64,000 nt of DNA from a virus (Duplodnaviria > Heunggongvirae > Uroviricota > Caudoviricetes): the IMG/VR virus record IMGVR_UViG_2974716081_000001; one strand, written 5' to 3'. The position numbers were made by a program, and so were the translations under genes. This document shows, in pieces, positions 46,801 to 56,692 of this stretch. The notes under the pieces are model-generated. The model saw only the letters and a program-made list of their open reading frames with translations, was not told the origin of the DNA and made no database searches. How positions within the stretch are numbered: position 1 is the first letter of the stretch; each line of letters starts with the position of its first letter.

Positions 46801-47260
46801 GACCACGCGCATCGCGTTGGTTTTGGCTTTTTTGCGCACCGCCTTTTTGACCGAACATTTCGCGAGCGTGTTCGGCTGCTTCGGTCCGTTGTGCCTTTAC
46901 ATCCTCTGGTATAGCCTTCCTGCGTCGTTTTTTACCCTTTGGTGTGGTTGATTTGGCCCGCTGTTCCTGTTGAGCAACATCTTCCTGAACTACACGAGAA
47001 ACGTCCCCTAAATTAAGCCGTTTCATTGCGTCAACAATAGGGTCTACGGATGGCGCTTTGGCCACAAAGTCAGGCCGGGAATTTTCGATTGTGCGATTTA
47101 ATGCCGACACGCTGCGAGAGACAGGATCAACAGTATCAACTCGCCCCCCTTTCAAATCTTCAACAGCTTCCCGAATACCTGCAAGCTCTTCCAGCTCTTT
47201 TGCGCTGGCGGTTTCAACCGTCCTTATCACATCGTCAATGTTGGCGTTTTTTCTTTCCAT
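43868..47260 (-). CDS. sit: Sit: structural injection transglycosylase / tape-measure-like protein with a lytic transglycosylase domain
   Basis: 1130 aa; Gly/Lys-rich repeats and SLT motif GLPEGTLYAIAATESGGNPYAKSQTGALGMFQF. Confidence 0.8.
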   Translation of the reverse strand: MERKNANIDDVIRTVETASAKELEELAGIREAVEDLKGGRVDTVDPVSRSVSALNRTIENSRPDFVAKAPSVDPIVDAMKRLNLGDVSRVVQEDVAQQEQRAKSTTPKGKKRRRKAIPEDVKAQRTEAAEHAREMFGQKGGAQKSQNQRDARGRFIGKSGSKAAAEDARAERAEKARRKEDDERLNAESGLLKKLSKVAEGIGNPSETRAVDALGYAVAGPLWAAGKELGGISKEVGGSLNGARKSIADVIRGNDDNSRRKGFFRRKSQNSADVVQVNTQKRTVQELQEQTSEIKEGNDKILSALDQIAKNTGKKKGGLLSKLFSLLGKGAGGVASLLMGRGMLKKAGALAFGALGAKKLVGMLRGGGKKTLAHEGGDLAARAAGKLGLKAVGKGALRAIPLVGTVAGGIYDAVTGWNDTEAQRRAFGLKSGQDPSFQQKAAYTLANVLDLGGLVSGISSAIGDVLKSLGFEDIGNMLQSFSTESIAQAIDSGVTNLETYISNLGDTISTKFDDYTAKIGDAVSAWFSDTSNKLLEKLDAIKDFFTVDNLKQVFSDAIDSAIDFIKNPGKHIKEAAGNIWDGVKNLPGKALDAAVDAVKNTPAAMIVSKIPNPIGEANAKEITPELKAPVNSHQETSDSKTESDAKQTNIATRVINAALDTAKNSNKTVKETANQIINANAVETGNSAVRKIDSAIGQNSSSSSSRNTTGTGNDIQKAADTYNNGNLDVKVGSLGAEGKANLDKLAPYFAELENKYGLPEGTLYAIAATESGGNPYAKSQTGALGMFQFTGIAREETGLAEGESFDPVKSAEAAALLMSKYLKQANGDLNEAITAYNAGFGTINKWKKGTGDLSKENREYAIKVNTHRARYLGGEIYTPGAGAQGGAQYGVRGPLPDNAVIDQSTGLAFTPGDSPFEKGGLVDKIGNAVGVNDLVNKFMNGRGMRREVVQGTLEERARGKGTATAAGNVYVDTPMPVEEARPVASNSSYFDQLGAQMGIDGLFDKLRNSPGMRKNNAPEPASTSQVTTAANDLQQPTGRMQIDGQVISDLGGSGAKPTMQLADNTVSLDGETKRLFAQMTSLLARIEEHTKDSAKGQGTVVKVSTPQPGVMRTVPLSIDDPLMNDYARVD

Positions 47261-47341
47261 GATCTTATCGCCTACCGCTTTGGTTTAAGTTTTTCTTCCA
47301 GTTTCTCCAACAGGAAAAACGCATAGGATTCAGTGAGCCTT

Positions 47342-48223
47342 TCAGCGTCCTGAATCGGTATACCCCCATACAAAACCAGGTTGGACACTAAGGTCTGATA
47401 GCTTTTCAATCCCCACCTGTGGAATGAAGTCGGTAGCCCGAAAGGGCACCCACAGACGGGTATACGCACCCTCTGTGGACTCCTTTGTATCCTGGTTTGG
47501 GCATTTGTGCGGCGGGAGACGAAGACGCATTTCGCCTTTATCGATGTAGCACGGTAAACCATGTTCGAGCTTTTCATGAGCCAGCCGGATGTGTGCCGCC
47601 AGCTTCATAAATTCAGTATCAATGGCCATCCGTTTGATCGTTTCATAACGACGCTCAGCCTGCTCTTCACGAGTACCGCTAACATCGTTATAAAGTTCAC
47701 ACTGATAAGCGAATTCCCAAAAACGCAAATCAACGATCGCTTCTTTGAATTCTGCGTCGTCTTCAGGTGGCAATGCTGCACGGCGCATCTCCAGCATTTC
47801 CATTGCCCAACCATCAAGCGGCACGATACGCCATTGATAAGGCACGCCCTCTACAGACACCTCAATATCGTCAATGAACGGTTCCACTTCCAGGACCTGG
47901 ATATCTTCAGCCAGAGCATTCATATCGCAATCGTAATAATGCTCTTTACCGCAATGTTTACAGGTGTAGGTGAATGTCTCGACCGGTGTTTCACGGGAGC
48001 CAGTAAATATCCACCATAACGCGGTAATCCGGTCCTGCGCCGTCCATGTCAGGGGATCATATTTCGCGGGTTCAGCCAGCAAGGCTTTTAAATACGCCGT
48101 TGTCTGTTGTTCTTGTTCCTCCGGTGTTATCGAGTTGAAACGCATCGCATCAGCAATATTTGGCTGACGGAACTGGATCAATTCAGTTGGCCGCGATGGT
48201 AGCGGGAAAAGAGGTAAAAGCAT
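47342..48223 (-). CDS. putative morphogenetic protein (PmgB-like)
   Basis: 293-aa ORF with a CxxC...HxxC-like cysteine pair (CKHCGKEHYYDC). Confidence 0.5.
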   Translation of the reverse strand: MLLPLFPLPSRPTELIQFRQPNIADAMRFNSITPEEQEQQTTAYLKALLAEPAKYDPLTWTAQDRITALWWIFTGSRETPVETFTYTCKHCGKEHYYDCDMNALAEDIQVLEVEPFIDDIEVSVEGVPYQWRIVPLDGWAMEMLEMRRAALPPEDDAEFKEAIVDLRFWEFAYQCELYNDVSGTREEQAERRYETIKRMAIDTEFMKLAAHIRLAHEKLEHGLPCYIDKGEMRLRLPPHKCPNQDTKESTEGAYTRLWVPFRATDFIPQVGIEKLSDLSVQPGFVWGYTDSGR

Positions 48224-48237
48224 CCTTGCTCCTTAAT

Positions 48238-48849
48238 TCAAAGAGAAAAACTAAAGCCCAGAAGGGAAGCTAAAGAACTTGAGGATTGATTAAACGTGCT
48301 GTGCAATGCGAAGGTCATTGGGAATGACTTAAATTCCGTAACCTGATCCCGCGCATAGGTGACATCGCCGGTAGTGACCGGGAATACCGTCATCTCATTT
48401 TCCAGTTTGGTTAAACCGGAGGACAGCAACCGATAAATACGCACATTGAGCAAATATTTAGACGGTATATTCCCGGTACCGTCCGGATTGATCACCCGAC
48501 CTTTTGCCGTCTTAAACCAGTCCAAAACGAGGCCATCAACGGTATCCCTGACCATCATTGTTATCTGCCCAGGCGAACGCTCCGTTGGCTGAAGGATATT
48601 CCCTCCGCCGATTTTAATCGTTTCATATTCGATGCTGTAATCGTGGTAGGTAATGTCTTTAGCAAAGAAGTCTGCCCCCTCCAGACCATCAACTTCGACA
48701 GAGAACTGCCATCCTTGCGCGAACAGCATTTTGTTCATGATGATTGACGTCAGCTTACCAACTTCCCGCTCACCAACGCCGGAGCCAAATAATGTCGTCG
48801 TTAATGCCGAAGATACATAAGACTTTACTGAAGCAACATTAAGCCCCAT
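48238..48849 (-). CDS. virion structural protein (tail tube or baseplate candidate)
   Basis: 203-aa ORF in the tail operon. Confidence 0.45.
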   Translation of the reverse strand: MGLNVASVKSYVSSALTTTLFGSGVGEREVGKLTSIIMNKMLFAQGWQFSVEVDGLEGADFFAKDITYHDYSIEYETIKIGGGNILQPTERSPGQITMMVRDTVDGLVLDWFKTAKGRVINPDGTGNIPSKYLLNVRIYRLLSSGLTKLENEMTVFPVTTGDVTYARDQVTEFKSFPMTFALHSTFNQSSSSLASLLGFSFSL

Positions 48850-48859
48850 ATCAGCCCCC

Positions 48860-49466
<607 letters not shown>

Positions 49467-49506
49467 GTAGTCATTTGTGACAGTATGCTCGCAATCGTAG
49501 CGATTA

Positions 49507-50046
49507 CTACCACCAACTGCTAGCTTTCTTCTCTCTAGCTTTTCCTTCGCTTTGCAGTAAATCTTTACTTCCTGTAGAAATATTTCTATTTGCATCAGCC
49601 TCAGACTGAATTACATCTGTCTTAGCTGCTCTCTCCTTCAACTCCTGCTCTATAAAATCGTTTTCTCGCTGGACACGAGCCGCTTTTGCTTGCAGTTCGA
49701 GTTTCATGCTTTCGAGTTGCAGCTTGCGAAGCTCATCCTCATAAGCTTGATCTCGCTTCTTGTCATTTGCTAGCTCGGCTTCTCGTTTCGCTCTACGTTC
49801 ATTTTCTGCAGCAACACGCTGTTTTTCGCGTGCAGCAGCGGCAGATGCTGCTTTTTCTCTTCTAATACGTTCAGCTTGTGCTTGTTGGCGAATAAGTTCT
49901 TTTCTGGCATCCTCAGCTTGCTGCTCTTTAGCTCGCCCTTCATTTTCCGCTTGAGCAATAGCAGCAATTTGACTTTGCAACGAGTTAGCCAAGGCAGTGC
50001 CTACACTAAACGTAGAAAAGATTAGAAATAAAATAATTTTATTCAT
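49507..50046 (-). CDS. secreted charged coiled-coil protein (TolA-like repeats; candidate exclusion factor)
   Basis: 179 aa; signal peptide MNKIILFLIFSTFSVGTALA; long A/E/K/R/Q-rich helical region; C-terminal WW. Confidence 0.55.
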   Translation of the reverse strand: MNKIILFLIFSTFSVGTALANSLQSQIAAIAQAENEGRAKEQQAEDARKELIRQQAQAERIRREKAASAAAAREKQRVAAENERRAKREAELANDKKRDQAYEDELRKLQLESMKLELQAKAARVQRENDFIEQELKERAAKTDVIQSEADANRNISTGSKDLLQSEGKAREKKASSWW

Positions 50047-50049
50047 AAA

Positions 50050-50571
50050 TTATTTCTTTTCTGGACAAGTAGCATTTGGCTGAATTCGAGTTTCATTATC
50101 TTTAGTTGAAATAAGCACAGCAAGCCCCGTTGTAAACTGGCATGCTTTACCAACTTGAGTTGAAGTGAACACCTTAGTTCCTTCTTTATAAGTCAGTGAA
50201 ACACCTTCAACAATTGTTTTATCACTAACCAAAGAACCAGCCGCTGCACCAAGAGCCGCACCACCAGTACCGCCAGCTACAGCACCCAGTGTCGATGTGC
50301 CTTTAACATTATAACCGGCAACGCCCCCAGCAACAGCTCCCAGTACCGCACCAAATGTCTGTGCCGCTTCTTTATTAGCTTTATTATCAACTTTCACTTT
50401 AGCTGGAAGCACAGAGATAATATTGACTGTCTTTGTTTCCTGCTTCGAATTCAATTGAGCGGTATCATAAACATCGGCAGCATAATCAGCACCGCTAGAT
50501 TGACACCCAGAAAGAAGAATTGCAGATACAACAAGAGCGCATAAAGTATACTTTTTAGACATAAGAATCAT
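50050..50571 (-). CDS. outer-membrane lipoprotein with glycine-zipper motif (SlyB/Pcp-like)
   Basis: 173 aa; lipobox LLSGC; GAVLGAVAGGVAGYNVKGTSTLGAVAGGTGGAALGAAAGS glycine zipper. Confidence 0.6.
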   Translation of the reverse strand: MILMSKKYTLCALVVSAILLSGCQSSGADYAADVYDTAQLNSKQETKTVNIISVLPAKVKVDNKANKEAAQTFGAVLGAVAGGVAGYNVKGTSTLGAVAGGTGGAALGAAAGSLVSDKTIVEGVSLTYKEGTKVFTSTQVGKACQFTTGLAVLISTKDNETRIQPNATCPEKK

Positions 50572-50851
50572 CCCAGAAAAACAAAAACCGGCGAGAAGTT
50601 ACCACGAGAACGGAAAGTAAACAAGAATACTCCCATTGACTTATATCAATTAATCAACTTTTTATAAGCTATCCCTAACTTATTGTGTATAGCTGAAAAG
50701 TCAGAGATAAGTTCACCATCTGCATTATTTCTTAAGTTAATAGTTTATTGCTAACTTAATTTATGTATCGACTATTAATATCCATCTTAAAGTTACAATA
50801 TCCCTCTGCATTATTTTTCATCACAAATAATATATCTATTGCACGACACTA

Positions 50852-50869
50852 ATCTGCTCTAATAAATTT
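50852..50869 (+). promoter_or_regulatory. C1 operator (Op51-like) upstream of the c4-icd-ant operon
   Basis: ATCTGCTCTAATAAATTT. Confidence 0.6.
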
Positions 50870-51056
50870 GTATTTTTAAGTCACGAATGCTATCTTTTCG
50901 CATCATATTGACCTTTTAATCGTTCAGGCTTATAGTTCCGCCGTCGTAGCAAATTCTGCGACCGGGTTTAGCAGCCTGAATGATTGTGCGGACAGCCGCA
51001 GATATCCGATATTGCGGTATTTTTGTGTCCGTAAAACCGCGTTACGCCCAAATTAT

Positions 51057-51135
51057 GGTGGGGCGTGATGGGGAGGCTTCGGCCTGCTGGTTTCACAATC
51101 GCCAGTCTGCTAACCCCGTCACGTCCTGCCACCTG
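51057..51135 (+). ncRNA. c4: candidate c4 antisense RNA (immI repressor); boundaries approximate
   Basis: GC-rich structured segment with a GAGGCTTCGGCCTGC hairpin upstream of icd where P1 encodes c4; boundaries not determinable by eye. Confidence 0.4.
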
Positions 51136-51183
51136 TTTAGCAGCGGGTAGCAGGTTGTTAAACCTGATTGTGAGGCCGTAACT

Positions 51184-51405
51184 ATGGTTAATGCCAATCC
51201 TTGCGCACGCCAAGAATTCATCTGGCGTTTCTATTCCTGTAAAAAACACCACTATCACTTCGTCATCGCAGCAACAGAAGACGAAGCACGCTCTCAATTG
51301 CCTGATGGCCCCTGCATTTTTACTGCCCGTTTTTCAACTAACTCGCGCAATTCACTTAGTTACTGGAACCTCCCCTTCTCTGCCGACGTTCAGGGGGGTT
51401 TATGA
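51184..51405 (+). CDS. icd: Icd cell-division inhibitor (73 aa), overlapping the ant start
   Basis: 73-aa ORF whose stop overlaps the ant ATG by 4 nt. Confidence 0.7.
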   Translation: MVNANPCARQEFIWRFYSCKKHHYHFVIAATEDEARSQLPDGPCIFTARFSTNSRNSLSYWNLPFSADVQGGL

Positions 51406-52448
51406 AAAAACCTCTCGTCACCCGTAATGACATAGCCGAAGCGATCGCCCTGCATACTGCCTGTATGCCGACACGGGAGATCCCCGGCGCAATTGCTAAC
51501 TATTTCATGATAACCAGGCGTTTTTATACCCGAACAGATAAGGCTGTGATCAACAGGCTACTGATAGCCGAGATCAGGGATTATTTGATTGAACAAGGAC
51601 GTCTACGTTACGCAACAGTGGCAGCAGAAATGAGAAAGGAGGCACATAGAATGACCGGTAATAATTTGAATGTTGAAAAACCAGCACCTGTTACGTCAGC
51701 TACGCCAGCACCAGCCGTGAATATTATCCCCAACACCGGAGACACAATCGACAGCCTGACACTGTTAAAGATGGTCAATGAGGCACGGAAATTATGTAGC
51801 GAAAAACCAGTTCGCAACAATGATTTCATTGCCAGAGTTAAGGATGAGCTTGATGGGGAGGGTTACGAAATCTTCGTAACCCCTATGGATAAGAAAAAAG
51901 GTGGAGCGGATCAGGTAGTTATAGTAATGACATACAAACAAGCCCTGCGCGTTGCTGCTCGCGAATCGAAAGCGGTCCGCCGTTCGCTGATCGACAAACT
52001 GGAAGAATTGCAGCAGGCAAACTCCCCTACCCCATCGATCCCCCAAACATTACCAGAAGCTCTACGCCTGGCTGCCGAGTTGGCAGAACAGAAAATGCAG
52101 TTGGAACAACAGCTGGTGGCCGCAGCCCCTAAAGTCGATTTTGCCGACCGGGTATCAGCGGCTAATGGAATCCTGATCGGGAACTTTGCAAAGGTCGTTG
52201 GACTTAAGCAAAACGCCCTTTTCTCATGGTTGCGCCAGAACGGCATTCTCATGGCTTTTGGTACGCGCAAAAACGTACCGCGCCAGCAGTACATTAACGC
52301 CGGGTATTTCACGGTGAAAGAAGTGGTGCTGGATGATGAAAATGGCTACCAGATACGGCTGACGCCCCAATTAACGGGTAAAGGCCAGCAGTGGTTAACT
52401 CGCAAGCTACTTGATGCTGGTTTGTTAAAACCAGTAGCAATAGGTTAA
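51402..52448 (+). CDS. ant: antirepressor Ant (KilAC-type C-terminal domain)
   Basis: 348 aa; C-terminal about 130 aa is a close paralog of the KilA C-terminus (PQTLPEALRLAAELAEQK...GKGQQWL). Confidence 0.75.
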   Translation: MKKPLVTRNDIAEAIALHTACMPTREIPGAIANYFMITRRFYTRTDKAVINRLLIAEIRDYLIEQGRLRYATVAAEMRKEAHRMTGNNLNVEKPAPVTSATPAPAVNIIPNTGDTIDSLTLLKMVNEARKLCSEKPVRNNDFIARVKDELDGEGYEIFVTPMDKKKGGADQVVIVMTYKQALRVAARESKAVRRSLIDKLEELQQANSPTPSIPQTLPEALRLAAELAEQKMQLEQQLVAAAPKVDFADRVSAANGILIGNFAKVVGLKQNALFSWLRQNGILMAFGTRKNVPRQQYINAGYFTVKEVVLDDENGYQIRLTPQLTGKGQQWLTRKLLDAGLLKPVAIG

Positions 52449-52525
52449 CAAAAGAAAAAAACCTGCCAGCAAACTGGCAGGTTTCTGAGCAGATCGCCCA
52501 ACCCGATCTGGATCGAGTCAGAAAA

Positions 52526-52543
52526 ATTTGCTCTAATAAATTT
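52526..52543 (+). promoter_or_regulatory. C1 operator (Op53-like) upstream of kilA-repL
   Basis: ATTTGCTCTAATAAATTT. Confidence 0.6.
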
Positions 52544-52612
52544 CGTTTTCTAAGTGCAAAGAATCACCATTTCGAGCTGGTGATTGAAGGTTGATGCAAA
52601 TTTGGAGAAAAA

Positions 52613-53413
52613 ATGCAACAAACATTCAATGCGGATATGAATATATCAAACCTTCATCAAAATGTCGATCCTTCAACCACTCTGCCTGTTATTTGTGGTG
52701 TTGAAATTACGACCGACCGCGCTGGCCGTTACAACCTTAATGCTCTACACAGAGCGAGCGGACTCGGTGCCCATAAAGCGCCAGCTCAATGGCTAAGAAC
52801 GCTGTCAGCCAAACAGCTCATCGAAGAGCTTGAAAAAGAAACTATGCAGAATTGCATAGTTTCGTTCGAAGGCCGTGGCGGCGGCACTTTTGCCCATGAA
52901 TTGCTCGCTGTGGAGTACGCAGGCTGGATTTCTCCCGCGTTTCGGCTGAAGGTAAACCAGACATTTATCGACTATCGAGCTGGAAGATTACAACCTGCTA
53001 TTCCGCAGAGTCTCCCTGAAGCTCTCCGTTTGGCTGCCGACCTGGCAGAGCAAAAGCAACGGCTGGAGCAAAAAATGCTTATGGATGCACCTAAAGTCGA
53101 ATTCGCCGAACGCGTTGCTACCGCCAGCGGGGTTCTAATCGGCAACTATGCCAAAGTGCTCGGCCTGGGCCAAAACTATCTCTTCACCTGGTTGCGTGAT
53201 AACGGAATTCTGATCGCAACCGGTGAACGCAGGAACGTCCCCAAACAAGAATACATATCCCGTGGGTATTTCACCCTTAAAGAAACCGTGATCGATACAA
53301 GCAATGGAAGCAGGATTTCTTTCACGACTCGTATAACCGGCAAAGGTCAGCAGTGGCTTATGAAGCGATTGCTTGATGCTGGTGTGCTGGTGCCTGTCGC
53401 GGCGACGCGCTAA
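52613..53413 (+). CDS. kilA: KilA (KilA-N plus KilAC domains)
   Basis: 266 aa, the size of P1 KilA; directly upstream of repL. Confidence 0.8.
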   Translation: MQQTFNADMNISNLHQNVDPSTTLPVICGVEITTDRAGRYNLNALHRASGLGAHKAPAQWLRTLSAKQLIEELEKETMQNCIVSFEGRGGGTFAHELLAVEYAGWISPAFRLKVNQTFIDYRAGRLQPAIPQSLPEALRLAADLAEQKQRLEQKMLMDAPKVEFAERVATASGVLIGNYAKVLGLGQNYLFTWLRDNGILIATGERRNVPKQEYISRGYFTLKETVIDTSNGSRISFTTRITGKGQQWLMKRLLDAGVLVPVAATR

Positions 53414-53442
53414 CAGACGTAGTAAGAACCACCAGCATTGTA

Positions 53443-54288
53443 ATGCTGGCTAAAGTCACTTTCCTGAGCTGTATAACGATGAGCGATTTTACTTTTTCTG
53501 GCTATGAATTGGCCTGCTTTGTAACACACTCCGGTCTATCCCGTAGCGCCGGGCATATCCTGTCGCAATGTGCAAATCTCGCGGCAACAACCAGTGAATA
53601 CTTCATTCACAAGCCTCACCGCCTGATCGCGGCAGAAACTGGTTATAGCCAATCAACCGTCGTTCGTGCATTCCGTGAAGCTGTAAACAAAGGAATCCTG
53701 TCTGTAGAGATTGTTATCGGCGATCACCGTGAACGTCGCGCTAACCTGTACCGGTTTACACCATCCTTTTTGGCCTTCGCACAACAAGCCAAAAATGCGC
53801 TGATTGAAAGCAAATTAAAGATCTCTTCAGCGGCAACCAAGGTTAAAGCTGTTCTCGCTAAGACATTGGCTTTATTTAATTTTTTATCCACACCCCCATG
53901 TCAAAATGATACCCCCTCCCCCTGTCAGGATGACGTGGCAATAAAGAATAAGAAGTCACAAGTTAAAAAAACAAAAAGATCAGTTTCCGGCGGTGCCGGA
54001 ACGACCAGACTCAAAAAATTGACTTCATGGATCGCTGAGGCAAAAGCAAAGGCTGACAATCTGCGGTTATCCAAAAAACGCGCTCAAAAACATGAGTTCA
54101 AGCAGAAAGTAGAGGCGGCAGCGCGGAAATATGCTTACCTGAAGGACAAGCGTTCTCCTGATATTGGCGGGATATCAAACTTCGATAATCTGCCGCATTG
54201 CATGACGGTAAACGAAGCTCTTAATGCGGTTTTAGCCAAAAATAAAGATAACGAACAATGGGGTATACCGGCAGGATTCAGAGGGTGA
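53443..54288 (+). CDS. repL: RepL lytic replication initiator (oriL expected inside the gene)
   Basis: 281 aa, the size of P1 RepL; follows kilA under the operator-controlled promoter. Confidence 0.85.
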   Translation: MLAKVTFLSCITMSDFTFSGYELACFVTHSGLSRSAGHILSQCANLAATTSEYFIHKPHRLIAAETGYSQSTVVRAFREAVNKGILSVEIVIGDHRERRANLYRFTPSFLAFAQQAKNALIESKLKISSAATKVKAVLAKTLALFNFLSTPPCQNDTPSPCQDDVAIKNKKSQVKKTKRSVSGGAGTTRLKKLTSWIAEAKAKADNLRLSKKRAQKHEFKQKVEAAARKYAYLKDKRSPDIGGISNFDNLPHCMTVNEALNAVLAKNKDNEQWGIPAGFRG

Positions 54289-54291
54289 TAG

Positions 54292-54308
54292 ATTGCTCTA
54301 ATTATAAC
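54292..54308 (+). promoter_or_regulatory. C1 operator-like site immediately downstream of repL, upstream of the AT-rich two-gene module
   Basis: ATTGCTCTAATTATAAC. Confidence 0.5.
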
Positions 54309-54456
54309 CATGCATACTTTCAACACCTCTAGTTTGCCATGAGGAAAACTCATAGGCGTCCTGGTAAGATGACGTAGTTAGCAAATCAGAACGTCCCATT
54401 ATTGCAATTAATAAACAACTAACGGACAATTCTACCTAACAATAAGTGGAGTTAAC

Positions 54457-55161
54457 ATGTTGAACCGAAGAACATTTAATGTATTCTGCGATGAATCCTG
54501 TCACCTACTAAATGATCATAATAAAGTCATGGTATTGGGTGCGCTTTGGTGTCCTGGCACTATCACAAAAAAAATTGCTAGAGACATCAAGGAATTAAAA
54601 TTAAAACACAATCTAAAACCTGATTTCGAAATCAAGTGGACTAAAGTATCTGCGTCCAAAGTTGAATTTTACTTAGATGTCGTAGATTACTTCTTCAGCA
54701 ACCCAGCATTGCGCTTTAGAGGTGTTGTTGTTCCTGATAAAGAGCAACTGGACCATGCTCGATTCCATCAAGATCATAATACTTTCTATTATAAGATGTT
54801 TTTTTATGTCTTAAAAAACATAATAGAAAGTAACAACACATACAATATCTACCTAGATATAAAAGATACTTTAGGTATTGAAAAAATTGAGAAATTAAGA
54901 GGGGTTCTTCACAATGATCGCTATGATTACAATCATGAGTCGATAAACAGAATTCAACATATACGATCTCATGAAGTGCAACAATTGCAGCTAACGGATC
55001 TTTTCATTGGTGCATTAGGCTACGTTCATCGAGGAATGAATAGCAACGCGGGAAAAATCCAAGTCATAAACAGGATAAAATCACATACAAACAGGGAGTT
55101 ACTAAAAAGCACTCTTCCAACAGAAAGTAAATTTAATATTTTCGTGTGGGAGGCTCGCTGA
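54457..55161 (+). CDS. DUF3800-like protein (at the P1 rlfA position), AT-rich
   Basis: 234 aa; N-terminal FNVFCDESCH motif resembling the DUF3800 signature as I recall it; codon usage markedly AT-rich compared with neighbours. Confidence 0.6.
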   Translation: MLNRRTFNVFCDESCHLLNDHNKVMVLGALWCPGTITKKIARDIKELKLKHNLKPDFEIKWTKVSASKVEFYLDVVDYFFSNPALRFRGVVVPDKEQLDHARFHQDHNTFYYKMFFYVLKNIIESNNTYNIYLDIKDTLGIEKIEKLRGVLHNDRYDYNHESINRIQHIRSHEVQQLQLTDLFIGALGYVHRGMNSNAGKIQVINRIKSHTNRELLKSTLPTESKFNIFVWEAR

Positions 55162-55625
55162 TGCTTCAAATGCCAGATTTATTGTACTTCAATGGAAGTT
55201 GGCAAGAGTATATAGCCGATGTATATGATATTGTCAGAGAAGACATTTTAATCTCTAATATAACGTTTAAGGGTCTCCCTGTTCGATTACGTTATTCACC
55301 GGAATATGATGGGAAAGAGTTCGGATTTTGGCATTTAGTATCAGAGGGAAAAAAAGAAGAAGAACGTATACCCGATCTTGAACGGTGCAAGCGAATTCGC
55401 TGGATCGCGCATATGATAAGGAATTATAACCATTGCGATATATCATGTTGGTCTGAAAGACGAGGACCAACTGAAGAGTGGGTAATCTGGAATGAGTGTG
55501 AAAACTACGTTGTTGTGCTATCCGCACGTAGAGACTATTGGCTTCTCAAAACAGCCTATGTTGTAACCTATGACAGTAAAATCAGAACACTCAAACAAAG
55601 CAGAAAAAGAGCACTTGGGACATAA
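55146..55625 (+). CDS. partner protein overlapping the DUF3800-like gene (at the P1 rlfB position)
   Basis: 159-aa ORF overlapping the upstream gene by 16 nt; Cys/His-containing region CKRIRWIAHMIRNYNHCDISC. Confidence 0.5.
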   Translation: MGGSLMLQMPDLLYFNGSWQEYIADVYDIVREDILISNITFKGLPVRLRYSPEYDGKEFGFWHLVSEGKKEEERIPDLERCKRIRWIAHMIRNYNHCDISCWSERRGPTEEWVIWNECENYVVVLSARRDYWLLKTAYVVTYDSKIRTLKQSRKRALGT

Positions 55626-55791
55626 AAAAGCTGAACCCGACACATATTGCTATGTATCGGGTTCGATCGCTCTTTCTACACATGGTAGATGAGTAAGTCA
55701 AATCTAACCGATCTACTTTAGCTTTTCAATAGCTAGCTATAACTTTCCGCATATATTCTTCTGATAATTCCTGGAGAGCGGTTGGGTTTTC

Positions 55792-56088
55792 TCATGCTTT
55801 TCTGCGCAGAGAAGCACACTTATTCAGCAATAATAAATGCAATTCTTTGTTATCACTAAGTATTTCTACACACCAATATCGTAACGTGTTCACTTCAAGT
55901 GTAGCCAGCACCTTATGTCGAAAAGCCCCCTCCCCTACACATAACGATGGCTGACATTCTGCTAAGGCACATAACCATGTATTGGCATCATAGAGAACCC
56001 AATAATGCTCATCTGAAATAGTTATGCATCCAATTATTTCGAATCTTCTTTCTATCGTCTCAGGAGAGTATGAAAAATCAATTTCCAT
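55792..56088 (-). CDS. hypothetical 98-aa protein (at the P1 pmgF position)
   Basis: ORF at the distal end of the leftward structural operon. Confidence 0.4.
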   Translation of the reverse strand: MEIDFSYSPETIERRFEIIGCITISDEHYWVLYDANTWLCALAECQPSLCVGEGAFRHKVLATLEVNTLRYWCVEILSDNKELHLLLLNKCASLRRKA

Positions 56089-56171
56089 AACATGCTCAAA
56101 ATCTATCTATACCGGCATAATTTAAGCACAAAAAAGCTCCCGAAGGAGCTTTAAAATACAAGGGATGACTC

Positions 56172-56681
56172 TTAATCCCACTCAATCCAGTTGTAAACGA
56201 TACGAAGTGACGGGCGCACAGCGGCAGTCACATCTTCAGTACTAAAGTCGATTGCATCACTGTAGATTTTGCAGTCCAACATTTCAATTGTTGTAGCAGC
56301 TTTTGTCACAGCGTTAACCCCGGAAGATTTGGATTCAGGGGTCGCAGCCATCGTGATATCAACATAGTCCTTCGCCGCAATGCGATCTTTAATGAACTGA
56401 AGAATATCGCCTTCGATAGTCTCCACGCACTGGACCTGGATTTCCCCGGAGTTACGGATTGGACCGTGCTGGTTGAACTTCACACCATTCGGACCATAGT
56501 CCTCCACATCCTCACGGGTCATTTCAGGGATCTGCGACGTGCGGACCAGTACGCTGATATCTTCATGGCCTGCAAAAGTGAGCTGGAATTCAGAAGATAC
56601 GAGTCGTTCGCCTTTGGCCGCGTTGGCAGTATAGCGGCCCTTAATAAATTTACGGTTTCCCTTAGTGTTATTGTGCCCCAT
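56172..56681 (-). CDS. virion structural protein (tail tube or baseplate candidate)
   Basis: 169-aa ORF in the structural operon with sheath and head genes. Confidence 0.5.
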   Translation of the reverse strand: MGHNNTKGNRKFIKGRYTANAAKGERLVSSEFQLTFAGHEDISVLVRTSQIPEMTREDVEDYGPNGVKFNQHGPIRNSGEIQVQCVETIEGDILQFIKDRIAAKDYVDITMAATPESKSSGVNAVTKAATTIEMLDCKIYSDAIDFSTEDVTAAVRPSLRIVYNWIEWD

Positions 56682-56692
56682 ATAAAATCCTT

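Noticed and set aside
47272-47577. 101-aa ORF overlapping the 3' end of the pmgB-like gene
   Set aside because: Different frame overlapping a longer coupled gene; only its last ~70 nt are intergenic
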